64,000 bases of DNA, taken from Podarcis melisellensis (taxonomy: Eukaryota). The notes below the pieces were generated by a model. It had not been told where the DNA came from and did not search any database. It saw only the letters and a program-made list of their open reading frames with translations. Positions within the stretch are counted from its first letter, which is position 1; each line of letters begins with the position of its first letter. The position numbers and the translations under genes are program-made. Below are positions 23,300-36,752 of this stretch, piece by piece. Location of the stretch: the NCBI GenBank assembly GCA_964234715.1, contig OZ174289.1, one strand, 5' to 3'.

Positions 23300-23955
23300 T
23301 TCCTGGAAAGCTTATTGGTTACAATCCTATCTGGATTACTGTAAATGCGCTCTACGTGGGGCTGCCTTTGAAAAGTGCTTGGGAAATTCAGCTGGCTCAA
23401 AAAACTGCAGTCAGATTGTTAACTGGGGCTGGTTACAGGGAGCCCCACTGACACTGGTGTGTTTCTGGGCACAATTCAAAGTGCTGATTATGACCTATGA
23501 AACCCTACATTGCTTATGTCCACACTATCTGAAAGATGATATTTCCTTATATGAACCTGCTCCAGTTTTGAGACCTTCAAGGGAGATCTTCTCTCAGTCC
23601 TGCCACCCTCACAGGCATGCTTGGAGGGGATGCAGGAAAAGCTCTCCTTGGTGGCTGCTCCTAGACTCTGAAATTCCCTCCCTGGGGAAGCTAGACTGGC
23701 TCCTTCCTTGTTGTCCTTCTGCCAACAGGGGAAGAAGCCTTGTTCTAACAGGCTTTTGGAAATTGACTGCTTTTAATCAAAGTGCTGGTGACATGATTTT
23801 ATTGTAATTATTTGTATGTTTTAAAAAGAGTTTATATATGTATATTGTTTTAATTCTATTAATGTTCAGCTGTATTTTTAATGATTGCTTTTTCTATGTT
23901 TTTAGCAATTCTTGTTTTTATGTGTAAAAAGGAAAAAGGCAGAGTATAAATAAAT
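23300..23955 (+). mobile_element. Older L2 LINE 3' fragment
   Basis: Decayed L2 motifs LDYCN/ALYVGLPL, FWAQFKVLIMTYETLH, YLKDDIS.YEPA..LR; homologous to the L2 at 46080-47270. Confidence 0.8.
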
Positions 23956-25198
23956 ATATATTAATTAGTATTATTATCATTGCTTAGCAAATCTGTAGTC
24001 AAGGATACTGGAACCATTCATTTCCACACTGGATGCTCACTTTCCTGGACTAAACTCTTATTCTATAAAATCAGAGTTGCATGTCCTTCTTGGCTATATG
24101 TGACTTTCACTGTTTTTCTTTCTTTGTTTGTTTTAATATCGCTTATCCAACTCTGTCCCCAGACCACATTAAAAGCTTAACTACCTGATACCTCTGTATG
24201 TCAGAGTAACTGCCTCATTTGATGCTCCTGTAGATCAGCTGATTGCCTGGCTGAATTGCATAATTCACCAATATGTTAGCTAAACATATGAGTTCATCAC
24301 AACATACATTCCAACAAATTAGCTAGCCTTGGTCAATAGACATGAAAAGTTGATAAATCTCTTTAGGGCTTCATTAAATTAATCTTGCAGGGGCACACAT
24401 TAAAATTGCTGAATTTGATGTTATCTGTCCTTTAATAAGGGCAGCATTGGTTGGTAGGACTGTAATCAATAATTAAAAGATGTTATCTATTTGTTTGTAG
24501 TGTACAATAAACAGTTTCTGCGATTGAGTAGCAATCACTGCAAAGCTGAGGCATTTAATCAATCACTAAACTTGCTTCTTGTGAGTTTACTGCAAAGCAA
24601 TATAGATTATAGATAGCGGGCCAGAGCTGCAGTGAAATTGCAGAGATGCTTTTCCAGGGGACATAATAGTAATCTACATAATATTTGCAAAGTATAACAA
24701 TAAGGATAAGAAATACTTCATTGTAAAGGATGGTCATCACTATCTCATGAAAGATGTGAGGGAGCAAAACCTAACGGTGCAAGACACATTTGATGGGCTT
24801 TGGAGTTAAAGCTCCACAAAGATTAATATCATCTGATATGGACTGCTTACTTAAAATGTGTATTGTTTTTCAAATATGTAGAAGAGCACTAAAACGTCAA
24901 TTCCATACCTTGCATTTATGTGTCTAAAGCATCTTCATGTTTTGTTTTATTTGCCCTTTCAGTTCTTGTGCTTTCCATCTCTTTCAGATATAAAATAAGC
25001 CTGTCTTTCAGAGAACCTTGCCCACAGATCTTTCTATCAGTAATTAGAAGGATTTCAAGTCACCATGTCTGCGTACAACTGGTGACTGGATTATTGACGT
25101 AACCAAGGCCTTATCTGCACTACACACTTAAATCAGTATCACACCACTTTAAATGGTCTTGGCTTCTCCCAAAGAACCCTGGACACTGTAGCTTATTA

Positions 25199-25201
25199 GT
25201 A

Positions 25202-25258
<57 letters not shown>

Positions 25259-25548
25259 TTATTTGTACCCTGCCCATCTGGCTGGGTCTCCCCAGCCACT
25301 CTAGGCGGATTCCAACAAAGATTAAAAATACACTAAAATGTCACACATTAAAAACTTGCCTAAACAGGGCTGCCTTGAGATGTCTTCTAAATGTCAGGCA
25401 GTTGTTTATCTCTTTGACATCTGATGGGAGGGTGTTCCACGGGGAGGGCGCCACTACCAAGAAGGCCCTCTGCCTGGTTCCCTGTAGCTTTGCTTCTCAC
25501 AGTGAGGGAACTGCCAGAAGGCCCTTGGCTCTGGACCTCAGTGTCCAG
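25199..25548 (-). mobile_element. L2 LINE 3' end with (TAA/TTA)n tail
   Basis: Reverse complement closely matches 46935-47270. Tail microsatellite at about 25199-25258. Confidence 0.9.
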
Positions 25549-25777
25549 CACCTCAGTAATAGTGCTGAGTGTTGTTAGGAGACCACTGTTGCCCTCACAG
25601 GGCTAGCGTTCCCTGGGAAAAGGGACTTGCTGTTAAACCATTCAAGGTTTAAGCTGATAATTAAGCAGCAACAGTCCCCATGTAGGCTGACACTATGAAA
25701 TGCAAAATCCCATTTCTGCCTCTATCTGTTTTCATCTGCAGCTTTCCTTTTATTTTGGCATTGGAGTAAACAATAAT

Positions 25778-26327
25778 TAGTGTGTGTCAATGTGTATATG
25801 TATGTAAATAGATGGGGATGTGTGGAAGGAAGGAGGAGATGTCTGTGGATGGGTGGGGATGTGTGTGTATGAAGGGATTTGTGTGGTTAGATGGGGTGGA
25901 TGTCTGTGTTGGGATGAGGGGATGGTGTCTACAGATGGATGCATGGATGGATGCGACTGTATATATGTATGGACTGGAGGATGTGTGTACATGTGTCGTT
26001 GATTTAGGAGATGCGTGTACTGGGATGAGGGCATGGTGTGTTGTGGATGAGGGGATGGTGGCATGTCTGTGTGCATAGATTAGTGGTGTGTATGGACTAG
26101 GGGGGTTGTCTCTGGGTGTGCATTTGTGATGTGTGTGCATGCATATGCTATGTGCTTATGGATGGGGAATGTGTGAGTTGTGGTGAGGGCTTGGTGTGTG
26201 TATATGGACAGGGGTGGTTTTGTGTGTGTCTATGTACGAGATGGACGGGGGTGGCGGCTTACGGTTTCCTGACCATGGGGAAGGATGGGTGTGTGCTTGA
26301 GTGTGCATGGACTGGGCTGGGATGTGA
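25778..26327. repeat. Low-complexity GT/GGAT-rich degenerate minisatellite
   Basis: Recurrent GTGTGT...GGATGGGG / GGGATGAGGG units with strong G-over-C strand skew. Confidence 0.8.
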
Positions 26328-27661
26328 ATCCCAAGTTTCCTCAAATGCTTATACTTATCATTTATGCCAGAAACCTACAAACAAACAAAAAAACCAAAAC
26401 CAAAAACCAAAAACAGTATCAATATTTTACGTGATAAATGCTTTTGCCTGTATAACAAAAGAGTGCAGACAAATCTAACATGTCAATCTACCTATTAAAC
26501 CAGCTAACAAGATTTACAGATGGAAATCTGAAGGACAACCCTTTAAAAGTAAGGTCCTTAAAACTCTATTAAGATCAAATTATTCTAGTTTCCTTTTTTT
26601 GAAGGCCTGGAAAATATACTAACTTCTCACAGCTCTCCATCTCTAAAAGTTAACCTGCCAAAAACTGCTTCCTGCATTTATTCACTGTTTATGAAGAAAA
26701 CCTGCAATAAAAAGTATGACTATTGTGGCTTTTCTTGCATGAAGAAACACAGTCAAATTTAACCTTCATACTCACCAAATCTCTTTACATAAAGTACTAA
26801 TGTTTTAAATGCCAGACCACTAAGCATAGCTGTGAATATATATAGAGAGAATATAAATCCAAAATCTAAATATAATACATAACTAAACTAACAATGAAGT
26901 TAACTAGCTAATGGATTTAAATATCTAACAGGTCTGTAACCCAGTATGCTCCCCAGCTGTACCTTTAGCTCATTTAGAAATAGGATTGTGTGATATCTGT
27001 TGTTCCTTCCATATTTGCTCTGGGTATATACATCAAACTAAACTCCACCTGTGAACACAATTACTAATGAAGTACATATAAATTTAACTAATTCAAAATA
27101 TATAACCAAAGTAAATGAATGAAGCAGGTAATTATTTCAAAATTAACCATCTCCTTAGCAAACACATCCAAGCAACAACTGCTTGGTGACATCAGCTCCA
27201 GATCAGAACATCGTTTTGCAAGCATTGTTGTGACCGTACACAGTTAACACAAGTATTTATTTTAAATGCATGTGCTGCTTTTCTGCCACAAGAGCAGGGA
27301 AGGCCTCTTACACTTTAAAAAAAATAAAAAATCCAACCAGTAGACAGGAATTTTGCCTGGTTTGCTGATAGTAGATGCAAAGCAAGGGATGCTGGAGGCT
27401 GGGCATTATTTGTGTGTGTCTTGGGGGTGATGGAGGAAGTATCTGACCAGCAAACAGGGTATGAACTGCAGCAAGCATCATAGGGGCATCCCCAGAAAGG
27501 ACAGATGTTAGGGAAAGTACAAAAGGTCAAGTGAGCTGGTGGGCAGATTGTGTGTTAGCGGGACTGAGAATCCAGATTTCCCTAAATGCTTTTTTGTATC
27601 ATCTATGCAAACACTTTATAATTAATAACTGCCTAAGGTATTTAGCTGTACAACTGTTGGT

Positions 27662-27880
27662 ATGCCTTCTGGGAAGAGCACACAGAGAAGAAACACCATG
27701 GTGCATCTGTAACAACGAAACTGGGTGGCTTCATCTGCCTCAGCTGCAACAAAACATGTCTCTTCTGTATAGGTCTCTACAGCCACAGCAGGTGCTGTAA
27801 CTCTCCAGTGGCTTCACTTCATGCCCCCCCCCCCGATGTGGCACTCTTGCATTGCATCTCATGCTGGACAGATGCCAACA
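27662..27880 (+). mobile_element. RTE-clade LINE 3' end (non-Bov-B)
   Basis: Homologous to 41650-41859 (CCATGGTGCATCTGTAAC..GCTGCAACAAA..GGTCTCTAYAGCCACAGCA..GATGCCAACA). Confidence 0.7.
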
Positions 27881-28219
27881 AGCAGGTATAAAGGAAGTAA
27901 ACATTAACCCTGTCTGTAAATACAGTGCCTAGACAAATGCTATCTGCAACCCAGTTGCAAGCTAGTTGTTATAAATGAAAAGCAACAGCTGGGGTGATGT
28001 CAGTTGGAACTCAGAGCACTGATGTTTGGCTGAAAGCATCACTCAAAGGCATGGCTTAGTTTTAAAGTTATAGCTCGTTTACCCCTCTGCAGCAGTCTGT
28101 GAGGCAGCTTACAAGCTTCAATGAACAACAACAACAACACAGAGCCAGAGACATTGTCTAATTTTTGCTGGCTTGCTGTAAGATGAAGGTTTACTCCAAT
28201 GCCAAAGCAAAGGAAGCTT

Positions 28220-28563
28220 GGGATATGGGTGCCTAGGGCTTGCCGATCAGAAGGTCGGCGGTTCGAATCCCCATGACGGGGTGAAGTCCTGTTGCTCGGT
28301 CCCTGCTTCTGCCAACCTAGCAGTTCAAAAGCACATCAAAGTGCAAGTAGATAAATAGGTACCGCTCTGGCGGGAAGGTAAAGAGCATTTCTGTGTTCTG
28401 CTCTGGTTCACCAGAAATGGCTTAGTCATGCTGGCCACATGACCTGGAAGCTGTTTGCGGACAAACGCCGGCTCCCTTGGCCTATAGAGCGAGATGAGCG
28501 CGTGACCCCAGAGTCGTCCGTGACTAGACCTAATGGTCAGGGATACCTTTACTTTTACTTTAC
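28220..28563 (+). mobile_element. Sauria SINE (subfamily A) with a deletion in the head
   Basis: Box B, core and tail present; box A region deleted. Confidence 0.92.
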
Positions 28564-29556
28564 ACAAGAAATGAATGAGAAGAGCAAGAGGCAGTGGCAC
28601 TTCATAGTGTCAGCCCGCCATGTTAATCCCAGTGGCATCAGGATCAACCCAAAACGGGAATGGCTGACTATAGTTAAGCAGGAATGACATTAACTAAAGT
28701 GTTTACTTTTCTTGCTCTTCTGCCCACAAGATAGTGCTCCACTGTTGGGCTTCTTGCCATCTGTGCTACCAGTTGCAATGGGCATCAGCCAGCCCTACTG
28801 TTAGCTTCAGAGAACAGATACTGCTTTGCAAGCTGGCATTTTCTGCCTGCATGTTTTTCTGTCTCCAGTGAATACACACACTCACTCTCTCATCACATGG
28901 CAAGACTGAAAAAAGGTGAACCTTGTGTCTTACTACTTAGAGAAGCAGAGGTGGTGGTACTAATTTCTTGTAACAATATGGAATCCACCTACATTTGAGT
29001 AAAATAGCAAGTGTCTGAGAGTAACAAATAATGTATCACTTCCCTTGTTTCTTTGGAAAAGCCTATGTGCTCATTGACCTTTGACAACTGCTAAAAATCT
29101 TACCACAGTAAGGCTAATGCAGAGCCCTTCTTATTTCCTTTTATACATTCAAATTGGAGCTGTTTCATTAAATGACCATTTGTTCTCTCTCTCGCTTAAA
29201 TGAATTTACATTACTTGGGGATTGCAAAGACAGCCTTTAACAATGAGTGCTGAAACTCATTTGATTTAAGCAGGCATGGATTTTATGTTGAAAGTTTGAT
29301 GGGCTTTTGGTTTTGCAGGATGACTTCATTAAATGGATCGTAACTATATATTTTAAATGCACTTCTTTATTCGTCTCCTTCTCTTATGTTGTACGGACAT
29401 AAGGCATGATGGGCTATTTTCACTGGATGCCCTAAGTTCACTAGAAAATAATTTGAGCAGTGTGCTGGGTCTTGATGTGTTGTTCCCTCATTCAAGCCTT
29501 TATATGTGTCTAAACACACAAATACACACAACATTTTACTAATAGAGTCTAATTAA

Positions 29557-29635
29557 GACTGCAGTCCTAACTACTTACCTGGGAGTAAGCCCTACTGAGT
29601 TCAGTAGAATCTGCTTCTGAGTAGACATGATTTGG
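29557..29635. mobile_element. Short palindromic MITE family (..CTTACCTGGGAGTAAG..CTGAGTAGACATG..)
   Basis: Related copies at about 33775-33862, 38966-39050 and 43085-43460 (the last interrupted by a SINE). Confidence 0.6.
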
Positions 29636-31695
29636 TTTGGGTTGGGTTGTGCTGTTACTTATCTTTAAAAGAAAGTGAGATTGTTATTATTCCAATTGAA
29701 TGTGTGTGTGTGTGTGGGGGTGGGTGGGTGGGTTATTGTTTATAATGGCAGAGATACATTTATGCTGGGATGATATATTGAGGTCTATAATAAATGTCAA
29801 TATCAATTGCTATTATATTTCAGTGGATGCTGGTCCATTAGGGCAAGCAGGGTGGTAACCAACCAACCTCAGTATGCTCTTAGCCAGCCATCACTTGTCT
29901 GTCTTTTTATTTACTACCAGTCTGGGGAGGGTGGTAATAGGGCACAAGCTGTCAGCTTTCTCTGTCTTAGTCTCAATGTTGCTGTTATAGAACTTAGCAG
30001 CAAGTAGGCTGAGGTCAAAACTTTGGGGAATTAAATATCTGAAACCCTGTGGACCCACATGTGTGGGTGAACAACAAAAGAAGTGGCTGTGTGCCTGGAT
30101 TCAAAACATGGGCCTTGCATACAGAGAGCCCCAGTAGCAGAGTATTAAACTCACAAAAGTTGAGCAGTAGTATAGCACTAGGAATATAGGTTGGTAGACC
30201 TCTTTATCTCCCTTAGCTGCATTTAGCCCTTTTGCAAGGAACAGGACACACACTGCTAAGTAAGTTAAAAATGCTTTGCTTACAGATATGTAGGTCTGGT
30301 GCATGTGTTGTTCCATGCAGCTGTAAGGAGAAACACAGGCAGGACACTCTTGGGTAGAAAGTACAGAATATAGTTCCAAACACATGCTGTAAGCTTGGGA
30401 ACAAGTTTAAACATGAAATTCTTGTTACATGATGCCGAGGGAGAGATGAAGAGGAAAGGTTTCAATTCTTCTCCAGTTGAGAGGGAGCATAACCTGAGTC
30501 TATCTAGAATTACAACTCTGTAGTCTTTAACCCCTTCGTGCACTAACTAGCAGTCATGCATAATTATGTTTGACTGTAATCTCCCACAAAAACTAGTTGG
30601 CTCTGCCTGTCATTGGCTCTGCATCAACTCCTGTTGGGCTATCAGCCTTCTGGCCTACTAGTCTCAGTGGCCACCAGCCATTCCTGAACATAGATTGCCA
30701 GATCATTACTCATTCCATTCCTCTCTCCATAGCACACCTTTCTCCATCAACCTTTTAGTTTTAGAATAAGCTAATATATTAATTTGATCCATTGGTTTGA
30801 AGAAGAGAAGCTGATCCATAGGGAGCCCAGAAGGGAAAGTGGCTGCAAAAAATCACTGCAGAGTAAGCAGTGCTTTATTTCCAATCAGTGCATGCCCAAT
30901 AGGTTCCTGCTAAAATAATGTGACTCGTTGTGTCACAAATGTTCCAGGTTATTCTTTCCTCCTGCTTTTGTTGTACTACAGTGCAAGAATGCCCCTCCAG
31001 CTGGCAATAATGAGATAATACTGAGAAAGCACCACAGAACAGTTAATAAAGTGAAATGATATCTGGATGGTCTAGTATGAATCCACCACTAATGCACCAT
31101 TATTGTGTCAATGGCATGTTGCAGAAAACACCCACAAAAAAACAAAGAGCAAAGTAAACAAGTACCAGTGCTGAGGGACACATACACTGAAGGTGAATGA
31201 ATAAGATCCTAGGAGCTCTTTGCTAAGCCCTATACTGTACTATGAGAACATTCACACTCACTGTATTTACAGCCAGGATAAGCCAGTTTGTTCAACTAGC
31301 AGCGACAGTTGCAGTAAAATGATCAACAGTATTTTAATAGTTTGCAATCGGAAATAACTTCCTCCTCCAGGGTGGAACTGTTTTAACAATATAGGTGTTA
31401 CTTTTAGAAAAATGTTTTGGCTAGCCAGCCTGGATTTCAACTGCTGTCAATCAGTGGCTTAAACAGTCTGGATGGCAAAACTTAATTGAAATATTTTCTC
31501 TTGTGTCTCATACCAAGTGTCTGGATATGAGACTTGCCAAGGTCTTTAAAAAGAAGAGGTAGACAGATGGTACTCATGCCTTGATGGACAACGGCAGAAT
31601 GCCAAGTTTTCAGCTTCCAAAATAGCAAGGTATTTCTTGAAAAGCTGTTATATTCCATTTCTTGATATTCTTTTTTGCATGAACTTTCAGTTTTT

Positions 31696-31732
<37 letters not shown>

Positions 31733-32338
31733 TGTACACACCAGCATGGAGTACTGGCACCTTCTTCTACTACTTACAGAAGCATGGAGTAGACCACCAG
31801 TGGTCTGTGAGGTTCGTTTAGGTGGCCAGTAGCTTGTCTATGTTAAATATTCATATTGATTGGAATTGCATTTTTATCGCTTCTTTTATTTCTTATATTG
31901 AACTGCAATTCAAATTCTAGGAAATGCAAATTGGAATAGAATAAAAGGCAATGTGAGGATAAAAGAAGTAAAAGGAACACAATTAAAAATCATATAGCAC
32001 CTAGCACATTACAATTGCTACCACAGCCAGAAAAATCAAGTAGTTTGCCAAGACCCTCAGCAGTGGTCTGTAGTATATGCAATATAAGACACAATAGAAA
32101 CAATACTAAATCATTGAAATGATTGGCTGAGTTTATACAATTAAACAGTTGCATAAGCCTGTCTATATAAAAAGTTATTCAAGACACTCCTGAAAATCAA
32201 AAGCCTGCTGAATCTCTGCTGGAAGTGCATTCCACAGCAGAGGTCCAGTGACACCAAATGCCTGAGGAGGTACTATGTGGTTGAGTATTGTGGCTGAGTA
32301 GCTGATTTGAACCCTCCACTCCAAGTCTGGTTGGCTAA

Positions 32339-32362
32339 ACACACACACACACACACACACAC

Positions 32363-32413
<51 letters not shown>
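32339..32413. repeat. Compound (AC)n(AG)n microsatellite
   Basis: Directly visible. Confidence 0.95.
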
Positions 32414-32416
<3 letters not shown>

Positions 32417-35400
32417 CTCAAGACTGGCTGTCAGACTGGTCTCACACATTGCAAATCTTATTGAAAGATAACATTTGGAGAAGAACGGGAAGCATTTTCC
32501 ATCTGTACCACTGATGGTCAAAAATACCCACTCTGCTCTCATTTCATGGAACTTTATGCTACACACGGCACAACACATCTCAGAAAGATGTAGGCTTCCT
32601 GGGCCGCCAAGGGGAGGAGTGCGAGAAATAAAATTTCACAACTTCTGCAAGAGTTCTAAAACAGACAAATCATAATTAAAGCAGGAATTATGGCATTGCT
32701 CTGCCTGCCCACCCCCTACCAAACACTCAATCCCAAATGATTGCTTGTTATACTTTAAATAAATAAATAAACCAAGACAAACCAACCAACTACTGGGACT
32801 TAAGTATTCATGTCAGTAGCAAATAAAATAGCACAAAAATCTTGGCAGAATTACCCTTTGACAACAGAGAAATTTTCCATCCCAGCTGGTCATTAGGCCT
32901 TTCCAACTGTCAGTGTCTCCTGCAATCTGCTTTAATAGCTGCATATAATTAGCTTTGTACAGATCACAGGCTTTGGGGGGTAATATTCAATCCAAATATC
33001 AAAATCCAAAGAAAGATAACTCAAAGGGACATATGTTTGAGGCAGCCTCCTCAGTGCTGTCTTTACTCCTAAAGACTGTAGTTGTGTTGATTTATGCATA
33101 TTAGCTTTGAATCCTGATATGGAAATCTATCAATTACTTTCCTTACAGGAGTTCTGGAAAGAAATATAGGATGCTGATATAAAAAAGCAACATGTCACCT
33201 GGATACATAGATATCTTTGGGGGATATAATCCAATAATGATTTCAGAGGTGAACCTGATTTCATTAATCTCAAGGTAGAGGGGTTTTTTTTGGGGGGGGG
33301 AGGGTTGGGGAGTGCGGCAGACTTGTAGAAGAGAGCAGTTCTGTTTGGGATTCCCAAATTGGGATTAAAAAGTTTCAGTGTTTTCACCTGAACCTAATGG
33401 GTATTCACAGACCAATTATAATTGCTTCACCATGTTGAACTTGGGTGTCCATTGCAATAGCTAGAAGAGGCATTAGCTAGAAGACACAGCCAAAATGGTG
33501 CCCCTTCCCACCACCCTTGACCATTGGCCAGGCTGCTGGGACTGGTGTGAGCCCAATAACATCTGAGGGGCACTACATTTGCTGTCCGTGAACTGCATTG
33601 TAAATATTTTCTTGAAATAAATACAAACTTTGTCTGATGGGATTGGGTCTTTTCAGAAACACAGAGGTTGTGGAATGCATTATTTAGGGAATGCTGTCAT
33701 TGTGCAAAGTAGATGAAAAGTAGAAGGGACTCAGGAGTCCACTGCATATTCCTCTGGCATTTCAGAGACCAAGCACGTGGTTCTAACCATGTCTACTCAG
33801 AGGTAAGTTACATCTAATTCAAAGGGCTTACTCCCAGGTAAGTGGGGTTATGATTGCAGCCTAAAATAGGGACATGCTTGTAACATTTCAGTTCTCATAC
33901 TAGGAATCCAAGCCCAAGAACTCCCTGCCGCCACCACAATAGGTTCTAGTCTGCCTTCAGTAGACTGCCTTTAATCACCAGTATTCAACCAATTTGAGTC
34001 AGCAGGGGTGTAGTGTGTGTGTGTGTTGGGGGGAACAGTGGGGAAGTGCAGTTCATAATTTTTTTCAAAGCAGGAGTGATAACAGCCATCTGAAGGAGCA
34101 CTAGGGCAATTTATGGATATAACTTGCTTTGGCAAGTGAATGAAGTGATATGAAGCTTTTATGTTTGTTTATGACAGATTTGCATAGAAGAAGCCAGTGA
34201 ATGGGGGGAGGGGAATCAAGTAGAGGCCATATACTTCTTTCCTTTGATTGGGTTCCTACTTCACACTAATGAAGCTGAAAGGTTGCAATTTTTCTATATG
34301 AAGATATTTTGCTAAAGCTCACTATTGCTTACAAGTTTAAGAGAGCTTATGATCATGTAGCTATTTGGAGAACCGCAGTCATGTTCAACCTAGTCAAGTG
34401 GGGCATAGCTATGGGTTTTCCTCTGGTGCTGTCATGATGTACACCTGCACTTCAACATTACCACTGCACCATTGAGAGCCAGGAAAGTGTTCATTCTTTA
34501 GGTTCAAGCAGAAAACAAAGGGTTATATCCAGCTGTATTCTACTCCGAATAGACCCATTGAAATAAATGGACCTAAATTAATCAAGTCGTCAACTTCAAT
34601 AGGATTACTGTGGGAAATAACCTATAATAGTGTGAGAATTGCATTGGTTGCCTATATGCTACTGGGCTTAATTCAGTGTGCCTATGTTAGCTTACAAAGC
34701 CCTAAATAACATGTGACCCAAATACCTATAGGTGTGTCTCTCCCTATATCAGCCTGTTCAGGTCTGATTCTTGAGGCGTTCCCTGGTCTGATTCTTAACT
34801 CATTCATTGATAATGTGAGAGAGGACATCCTCTGTAGTAACACTTTGATTATGCAATTTCCTCCCCTCAGAGGTGCATACAACACCTTTGCTACTAGGGT
34901 TTGATGCTATTTGAATATACATCTTGTTACCTGGGCTTTTTTTTGGGGTGGGGGGGCAGAAAACGTCTGGTGGTGAAAGATGTAAGATGCCTTAGTCGTG
35001 CACCTAGAGGCTCTGGTTGAAGATCCTTGATGCTTTTGAGATTCATAGATTTATCTGTACTACTTTCCAAAGCATCCTGGAAACTTCAATTGTTTTCAGC
35101 TAGATTTTATTTGTCTTTTCCCCTTCCTTCTCTCCAGATGATGCCAACTTTGCCTGATCAACCTTGGCTTGTCCAATTGGCATCCTCACAGAGGCAAATA
35201 TTGTTTGAAGAGGCATGCATATTGACTATGAGACATTTAGAAGGCTGCACTACAGTGAGTAGATTTCTGAAAAATGATGTGTGTCGTCGTATTTTTCTAA
35301 ATAAGGTACCCCCTAAGTGGTGCAATTTTTAAAGTCTGCAGGATCGCCTTGGTGATTCAGGCAATCCTAATGCACCACAGCTTTTATTTCTTTAATAAAA

Positions 35401-35707
35401 GGATAAAATTAAGGGGGGAATTATTTGCCTTCATCATGTTAATCTGTCTAAAACCTTCAAATGAATTAATCACAAAGTATTCTGCCAGCAAGGCTGGTTC
35501 TGCAATATTGTTTTGCGCTTTGTAAAAGTCTTAACATTTTAATCTGCAACTATAGATATAAAAATAAATGTAATTGTACCATAAAAATCCACATCATAAA
35601 AATGTTAGAGATATTAAAAAGTGATGGCTAATTAAAAGTAAAAAAGTTGGGTGAAATGGAGTTCCAGAAAGTGCTAGGATTTCAGTATAAGAGTAGCTTA
35701 ATCCTTG

Positions 35708-36136
35708 NNNNNNNNNNNNNNNNNNNNNNNNNNNNNNNNNNNNNNNNNNNNNNNNNNNNNNNNNNNNNNNNNNNNNNNNNNNNNNNNNNNNNNNNNNNNN
35801 NNNNNNNNNNNNNNNNNNNNNNNNNNNNNNNNNNNNNNNNNNNNNNNNNNNNNNNNNNNNNNNNNNNNNNNNNNNNNNNNNNNNNNNNNNNNNNNNNNNN
35901 NNNNNNNNNNNNNNNNNNNNNNNNNNNNNNNNNNNNNNNNNNNNNNNNNNNNNNNNNNNNNNNNNNNNNNNNNNNNNNNNNNNNNNNNNNNNNNNNNNNN
36001 NNNNNNNNNNNNNNNNNNNNNNNNNNNNNNNNNNNNNNNNNNNNNNNNNNNNNNNNNNNNNNNNNNNNNNNNNNNNNNNNNNNNNNNNNNNNNNNNNNNN
36101 NNNNNNNNNNNNNNNNNNNNNNNNNNNNNNNNNNNN
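35708..36136. other. Assembly gap (429 N)
   Basis: Run of n. Confidence 1.
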
Positions 36137-36281
36137 ATAAACATACCTTTATGGCTAATTTGTGACCACCTTTGGGACTATATCTTTGAAACATACCAAT
36201 AATACTAGTTATGGATCTAAAGAAAGTGGGTATTCTAAAGAAAGGATCTAACGGATCTAAAGAAAGTGGGTATATCATATC

Positions 36282-36493
36282 AAAGGTAAAGGGACCCCTG
36301 ACCATTAGGTCCAGTCATGACTGACTCTGGGGTTGCAGCGCTCAGCATGTTTTATTGGCCAAGGGAGCCGGTGTACATGTGGCCAGCATGACTAAGCTGT
36401 TTCTGGCGAACTAGAGCAGTGCACAGAAATGCCGTTTACCTTCCTATTTATCTACTTGCACTTTGACGTGCTTTCAAACTGCTAGGTTTGCAG
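36282..36493 (-). mobile_element. Sauria SINE, 5'-truncated with internal deletions
   Basis: Tail and core on the minus strand; flanking duplication GGGTATATCATAT. Confidence 0.9.
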
Positions 36494-36603
36494 GTGGGGT
36501 ATATCATATATCTCATTCCAAAAAACTGGAAGCATTGGATATCCTCAGAATATATGGTGAAAATCTGCCCACAATGAACTAAACTTTTATCAGTCTGTAC
36601 TAA

Positions 36604-36752
36604 CAGGGCTGGCTCTATCATTAGGCCGAGTGAGACAGCAGCCTCAGGCAGCAGATGCCAGGGGGTTGGAGGGGGGGCAGTGACAGCAGTCTTTCCAGCC
36701 CTGCCCCTGCCTGCTCTTCGCCCCGGTGCCAGAGCATGAAGCTCCGTCACTG
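36604..36752. mobile_element. Composite hAT MITE fragments
   Basis: 5' CAGGGCTGGCTCTA-type end joined to the 3' end (GCATGAAGCTCCGTCACTG) of the 17590/58502 family. Confidence 0.6.

Noticed and set aside
25777-26478. His/Pro/Thr-rich and Cys/Val/Gly-rich ORFs
   Set aside because: They are translations of a low-complexity GT-rich repeat, with no domain or splice support.
32601-32619. CTCF-like motif GGCCGCCAAGGGGAGG
   Set aside because: Only a partial consensus match, which cannot be supported from sequence alone.
35647-36305. Four long ORFs in the track
   Set aside because: They are artefacts of reading through the N gap.
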